Source of the DNA: Promethearchaeota archaeon
GTDB taxonomy: Archaea; Asgardarchaeota; Lokiarchaeia; Sigyniarchaeales; SOKP01
Direction: 5' to 3'
DNA: 64,000 bases
Assembly: GCA_016840085.1 (NCBI GenBank)
Contig: JAEOTA010000055.1
Location: 1-64,000, forward strand
In this document: in pieces, positions 58,921 through 64,000 of the stretch
How the letters are laid out: each line of letters opens with the position of its first letter
Position numbering within the stretch: the stretch's first letter is position 1
Program-made: the position numbers and the translations under genes
Notes under the pieces: model-generated
The model's database searches: none
Told to the model about the DNA's origin: nothing
What the model saw: the letters and a program-made list of their open reading frames with translations, nothing else

Positions 58921-60033
58921 ATGAAAGGATTATCAATAATGATACCTAAACGAACTAAAAGGATTACTTCAGAATGGCTTAATTCAGTTCTTCATAACTC
59001 GGGATATTTTAAAGATGTCAATATCAAATCAATTTCGAGGGAACCATGGGGTGCAGGCGAAGGATTTGTGAGTGATATGGCAAGATTAACAATAACATAT
59101 GACAAGGAATCTCCTGAACTCCCGAAAACTATGATTGTAAAAATGCCAACAACTTTTAGAACCGCTTTAGCAATCGCACTTCAATATAATCTTTATGAAA
59201 AGGAGATAAGATTTTATATCGATGTAGCACCAAAAAGCCCTATACGAGTTCCTGAACTTATATATTCCGATATTGATTCAGAAAATAAAAAATACATTCT
59301 CATCCTTGAAGATTGTTCGTGTTATACGCAGATAGACCAGATTGAAGGTTTGAATCAAGAGCAAACGAAACTTACGATAGATGCTATAGCAGAATTTCAT
59401 GCACGATGGTGGGATGCTCCAGATCTTTATTCTTTTGAGTGGATTTCTAAACCAAGGGATAAATATGCAATGGCTTTAATTGATACCTATCGTACTGACT
59501 GGGATCTCTCAATAAAATCTGAAGAATTCAAAGAAATCCTCCCCGAAGGTGGTCAAAAAGTCGGAGAAAAGATATCGGAACAGTTCCAATGGTTAGTTGA
59601 GGATATTCCAGATGATAATTTGACTATTGCTCACTTTGACTTTCGAGTAGACAATTTATTTTTCGATTTTGAGAATAAAGAAAATCCTATAATAGTATTT
59701 GATTGGGGATCAGCAATTATTAACGGAGGTATTCTGGATATTGCATATTTGTTAGGAGAAAGTTTAAAAATTGATTTGAGACGGAAGATTGAAAAGGAAA
59801 TGGTTAAACATTATATAAAAAGACTTGAAGAAAAAGGCATAACAGGTTTTGATTTTGATTATGCTTGGGATTTTTACTTAAGATCTTTAATGTGTTATGC
59901 GTATATACCTGTTTTAGGATATACACAGTTGGATAGAAGTGATCCAAGGGCAATGGAATTATTTAAGACAATAACAATAAGGCAGTTTACAGCCATAATC
60001 GATAATGATGCGACAAGTGTGTGTCCATCTTAA
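58921..60033 (+). CDS. APH/ecdysteroid-kinase-like phosphotransferase
   Basis: GEGFVS, VK, E..FY, LED, HFDFRVDN, DWG. Confidence 0.85.
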   Translation: MKGLSIMIPKRTKRITSEWLNSVLHNSGYFKDVNIKSISREPWGAGEGFVSDMARLTITYDKESPELPKTMIVKMPTTFRTALAIALQYNLYEKEIRFYIDVAPKSPIRVPELIYSDIDSENKKYILILEDCSCYTQIDQIEGLNQEQTKLTIDAIAEFHARWWDAPDLYSFEWISKPRDKYAMALIDTYRTDWDLSIKSEEFKEILPEGGQKVGEKISEQFQWLVEDIPDDNLTIAHFDFRVDNLFFDFENKENPIIVFDWGSAIINGGILDIAYLLGESLKIDLRRKIEKEMVKHYIKRLEEKGITGFDFDYAWDFYLRSLMCYAYIPVLGYTQLDRSDPRAMELFKTITIRQFTAIIDNDATSVCPS

Positions 60034-60175
60034 CACTACAATCTACATTTTTTCTTAAAATCCTAATATTTATGTTAATCTTCTATTTATTTATCCTAAA
60101 ATGAAAAAATTTAATTTAACATAGAAGATTTATTCAAAATTAATTTAGATTTAACTTTTTTAAAAGGTTATAATA

Positions 60176-61060
60176 ATGCCGAAAGCATATGTAAATAATA
60201 TAGAGATTGAATATGATACTTTTGGAGACCCTTCGTCAAAGCCGTTATTACTAGTAATGGGACTTGGTGGTCAGATGATTGCTTGGACAGAAGAATTGTG
60301 TGAAGTGTTGGTAAACCAAGGATTCTATGTTATTAGATTCGATAACCGAGATGTTGGATTATCAACAAAATTTGAAGAGGCTGGTATGCCAAATTTGCTG
60401 GAAATATATACTGCCATCGCAAGGGGAGAAAAAGTTGAAGTGTCATATACATTAGAGGATATGGCAGATGATGCAATTGGTGTTTTGGATGAGTTAAATA
60501 TAGGTAAAGCACACATCTGTGGTGCTTCCATGGGAGGAATGATAGCACAAATTATAGCATATAGACATCCTTCTAGAGTTCTAAGCCTTACTTCAATAAT
60601 GAGTACTACAGGAAATCCTGATTTACCACAACCCACAGATGAATTAATCCAGGAATTATTTGCGCCGCTCCCTATGGAGCGTGAGGCTAGTATTGAAGAA
60701 GGTGTAAGACGTGGCCGCCTTATATATGGAAATTTTCCTTATAATGAAGAACAAGCTCGTGAATTGAGGATAAAAGCATATGATCGTTGTTTTTACCCTC
60801 AAGGTACTATGCGCCAAGCAGCGGCAATTGCAGTAAATGGGAATAGAAAATCCAAATTAGCATCAATAAACGTTCCTACACTTGTAATTCATGGAAGAGA
60901 GGATCCGCTTGTTCCTGTTGAAGGTGGAAAAGATACCGCAGAAGCAATACCTGGTGCAGAATTGTTAATTATAGAGGGAATGGGGCATAGTTTTCCTCCA
61001 GAAGTAGCACCTCAAATTGTAGAAGCAATAGTTGCTAATACAGCCAAAGCTGACAACTAA
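60176..61060 (+). CDS. Alpha/beta hydrolase
   Basis: DNRDVG, GASMGG, HGREDPL, GMGH. Confidence 0.9.
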   Translation: MPKAYVNNIEIEYDTFGDPSSKPLLLVMGLGGQMIAWTEELCEVLVNQGFYVIRFDNRDVGLSTKFEEAGMPNLLEIYTAIARGEKVEVSYTLEDMADDAIGVLDELNIGKAHICGASMGGMIAQIIAYRHPSRVLSLTSIMSTTGNPDLPQPTDELIQELFAPLPMEREASIEEGVRRGRLIYGNFPYNEEQARELRIKAYDRCFYPQGTMRQAAAIAVNGNRKSKLASINVPTLVIHGREDPLVPVEGGKDTAEAIPGAELLIIEGMGHSFPPEVAPQIVEAIVANTAKADN

Positions 61061-61071
61061 TAATCTCAAAT

Positions 61072-61800
61072 TTAAATTTTTTTTTTATTTTTCCACCAGT
61101 GTGGAAGTTCTATTGGTTTTAATTCACCATAATCTAATAACAGAATATGATCTTCTTCAAATGTAAAGGCAAACCCTCCAAGAAATTTGACCCACCTCTC
61201 GTCTGGAGGAAGTCCAAACCATCCAAATCTAAAACTCATCAAGTGCCAATCATGAGTAATATAAATATCTAAACCCTTTTCAGGGGCATCTTTAAGTTGA
61301 TTCCATATAAGATGAGCTGAATTTTGAGCATATTGTATAAACGGTGTCCATTCCTCGGGAAGATAAAAACCAGCAGCCCAACGGAATAAAAGTTCTTTAA
61401 AATGATAGTTTTTAAATTGCTCTAAAAAAGATCGATTATCAATTCCAATATCATATAGAGGAGCAAATTCTCCTTTTAATTCGCTTTTCCCCCCTTTGTT
61501 TAAAAACCCTTTATGAATATTTTCTGCTGTTTCTTCACATCGCCATATTATACTATGAAAAATCCTAATTGGTCTGTGTTTAGGTAGATTTTCACCAAAT
61601 TTTTCTGCAGCAGCATGACCTTCTGGAGTTAGTCTTAATTTATGGACTTTATCTAGGAATTCTGGTTCTGGTTCATTTCTATGAGAATGCCTCAAGATCA
61701 AAATTAATTTTGAATCTTCAGAAAATTTACTAAGTCCATTGATGATACTACGCGCATGATTAGTCCAGTCGCTAGTGTTCCAAATCTTTTCAATATTCAT
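61072..61800 (-). CDS. Histidine phosphatase family protein
   Basis: LRHS, LT.EG, S...RC.ETA, THD. Confidence 0.8.
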   Translation of the reverse strand: MNIEKIWNTSDWTNHARSIINGLSKFSEDSKLILILRHSHRNEPEPEFLDKVHKLRLTPEGHAAAEKFGENLPKHRPIRIFHSIIWRCEETAENIHKGFLNKGGKSELKGEFAPLYDIGIDNRSFLEQFKNYHFKELLFRWAAGFYLPEEWTPFIQYAQNSAHLIWNQLKDAPEKGLDIYITHDWHLMSFRFGWFGLPPDERWVKFLGGFAFTFEEDHILLLDYGELKPIELPHWWKNKKKI

Positions 61801-61850
61801 ATGATATCAATAATAGAATTTTTTTAAGAATATAAATTAAGAATATAATT

Positions 61851-63377
61851 TTAAAATTGAGACCAGATTTTCATATCATACCACATTTCTCGTTCTTTCT
61901 TTAATGGATCTTCCCATATTTGTATATTGTTGTCAAATACGATTGTAGCTCTTCTTTTATTGTCATACTGTGGCCATGTAGGAATATTTTTATGATTTGG
62001 ATCTCCTTTCCTAGCAAATGAAGTCCATACATCCATCATTTTCGCTGATAATATTTCAGTATCTTTTGATTTTTTAGGAATTATCCCATAATCTTTATCC
62101 CAAAACCTATTAAATACAAAAGCAATATCTAAAGCATGCATAGCACCAAATTTTCCACCTTGAAACGTAGATTCCCATGAAAAAAGGTACATATACGTAT
62201 TTTTTTGATAATTACTATGGAACTCTGCAAATTTAATTGCAGGGATATGGAATCTTGAATCTGTAATAAACGCATCAATAATGTCTTGAGGTTTTGATGA
62301 TAAATTGTTTTCTTCTCTTGATTCTTTATAAGAATTAATAACAAATTCAACCATATTTTCATCTTCTCCAAGATATCGCAGAGCACTTTTTATTAACTTA
62401 GGTAGTGCCTTTGCTTCCAACTCTTTGAAATTAGGATTAATGAAATGCCAGAATTTCCATTCCTCAAGATTTGTTCCAATAATTAAGTCAATCCCCTTAG
62501 CAAATCCTTTTTTTATAGCTTTTAATGGATGTTCTGGTAGATTTTTACTATCAACATATGGTCCAAAGGCAAGATAAATTCCTTTGGAATTAGCTTTTTG
62601 TTGTATTTTATAAGAAGCGTCTACAATTTTTTCAGTAGGAAGTTTTCGAAGCTTTTCTAATTCATCTGGTTTTAAATTAAGTTCTTCTAATAACCATTTT
62701 GTAACTGTTTTTCTATCCGAAAGTTTATAACCTTGAGGCATAGCTCTTCCACTTTGCGCTATTACTCGATGAAATAATCCCTTAGCTTTCGGCATTGCCA
62801 TTAGTATGCATACTGATTGACCCCCAGCACTTTCACCAAAAATAGTAATATTTTCTGGGTCTCCGCCAAAAAATTCAATATTTCGACGAATCCATTTTAG
62901 AGCAGCAATTTGATCCAACAAGTCAATATTTCCTGGAACATTAGGTAAAACTAAATTTGCAAACGCACCCAAACGATAATTTATGGTAACTAATACCACA
63001 TTACCTCGTCGTGTTAAATTGATTGGATTAATCCGAGAACCAGATCCATACAAAAAACTACCACCATGAATCCACACCATCACTGGACGTTTCTCAGCAT
63101 CTACTCCTGGTGTCCAGATATTTAAAATCAAAGAATTAGCCTCGTCTTGTTTAGGATAAGGTTCAGGTGTAATTGCCGTTATTGGTTGTGGAACTTCTGG
63201 CCCAAATTTTAACGCTTCTAATACACCATCCCACGATTTTTTTAGTATTGGAGCATTTAATCTCAATTCACCAATGGGTGGTTCAACATAAGGAATTCCC
63301 TTAAAAACTAATATATTATTATCGATATATCCTTGCAACCTCCCCGCTTCTGTCTCAATAATATCAGTTTTCTTCAT
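61851..63377 (-). CDS. Type-B carboxylesterase
   Basis: FKGIPY, WIHGG, FGESAGG, AMH. Confidence 0.92.
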   Translation of the reverse strand: MKKTDIIETEAGRLQGYIDNNILVFKGIPYVEPPIGELRLNAPILKKSWDGVLEALKFGPEVPQPITAITPEPYPKQDEANSLILNIWTPGVDAEKRPVMVWIHGGSFLYGSGSRINPINLTRRGNVVLVTINYRLGAFANLVLPNVPGNIDLLDQIAALKWIRRNIEFFGGDPENITIFGESAGGQSVCILMAMPKAKGLFHRVIAQSGRAMPQGYKLSDRKTVTKWLLEELNLKPDELEKLRKLPTEKIVDASYKIQQKANSKGIYLAFGPYVDSKNLPEHPLKAIKKGFAKGIDLIIGTNLEEWKFWHFINPNFKELEAKALPKLIKSALRYLGEDENMVEFVINSYKESREENNLSSKPQDIIDAFITDSRFHIPAIKFAEFHSNYQKNTYMYLFSWESTFQGGKFGAMHALDIAFVFNRFWDKDYGIIPKKSKDTEILSAKMMDVWTSFARKGDPNHKNIPTWPQYDNKRRATIVFDNNIQIWEDPLKKEREMWYDMKIWSQF

Positions 63378-63470
63378 GGTATTAACCGTTATTTTCTATG
63401 GAGTATAATTATATCTAAAATTTATCTTAATTGATTTTAATTGACAGCTTTATCAAATAGTACTACAAGT

Positions 63471-64000
63471 TTATTCTTCTATTTCTTGCTTTTCTTTATT
63501 TTGAACTCGTCTTTTTATTACCGCTAGTCGTTTTCTCCTAATTTTATCATAAGCATACAGTTTAGGATGTAATTTAATATCTAAATAACCGACTATTAAT
63601 AAGATAATGGCTAATATCACATTCATAAATCCAATTAATTCATATGAATCTAAGTAAATAACACTAATAGCTAAACCCCCCATTTGTAAGAATGCAGTTG
63701 AAATCAAAGGCCCAAGTACTTGTGAAGACGCCTGAAGATTAATAGCCCATCCACTTACAACTCCTTGTTGGTCTGGATCGACCGCTTTAGTGATATTTGC
63801 AGAAATAAGTGGTCTCATCAAAGCTAACATAAATGCAAATACTAAAACAAATGGGAAAACCATCCAAAATTCATATAAATAGGGGTAGATTATGAAAGTG
63901 ATGATTGCTAAAACAAAAGTAATAATTAAAATTCGTTTTTCACCTAACTTTCTAAGTAGTGGTCTTATAAGAATTAATCCATATATTAAAAGACCAACGC
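63471..64000 (-). CDS. MFS transporter, 3' part (runs off the window)
   Basis: Hydrophobic helices, QQGVVSG, GPLI; frame appears open towards the window end. Confidence 0.7.
   Translation of the reverse strand, partial: VGLLIYGLILIRPLLRKLGEKRILIITFVLAIITFIIYPYLYEFWMVFPFVLVFAFMLALMRPLISANITKAVDPDQQGVVSGWAINLQASSQVLGPLISTAFLQMGGLAISVIYLDSYELIGFMNVILAIILLIVGYLDIKLHPKLYAYDKIRRKRLAVIKRRVQNKEKQEIEE

Noticed and set aside
491-62386. Other short ORFs nested in or antisense to long genes (e.g. 491-712, 11532-11780, 21369-21671, 50141-50413, 60325-60636)
   Set aside because: Fully overlap well-supported genes and show no motifs

Overview
AT-rich archaeal window, most consistent with an Asgard (Lokiarchaeia-like) genome. 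This is inferred from the RadA/RadB/TFB/Hef/Hel308 set, NosD and FG-GAP surface proteins and an IPGY-type C-terminal anchor. The window has two distinct halves. (1) About 1.4-32.4 kb, right of an ISH3/IS4-like transposase, is a cluster with a divergent RadA, a RadB-like ATPase, an M50-like membrane protease, an atypical TFB, Hef/FANCM and Hel308-like helicases, a membrane-anchored HhH protein, membrane proteins, a Walker-degenerate VirB4/HerA-like protein, and GNAT and amidotransferase genes. Nearly every transcription unit here is preceded, in the correct orientation, by the same non-canonical promoter: a T-run in the BRE position plus a TATA box, T5-7(C/A)1-2TTTWWA, in 13 copies. The local TFB has a rewired BRE-reading helix. 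My main hypothesis is a sigma-factor-like alternative-TFB regulon for DNA uptake/exchange and recombination. The cluster also holds two candidate structured RNAs and an uncalled frameshifted Zn-finger gene. (2) About 32.4-64 kb holds ordinary metabolic genes (hydrolases, oxidoreductases, acyl-CoA ligase, GH3 cluster, MFS) with mostly A-rich promoters. All assignments come from motif recognition by eye; no searches were run.
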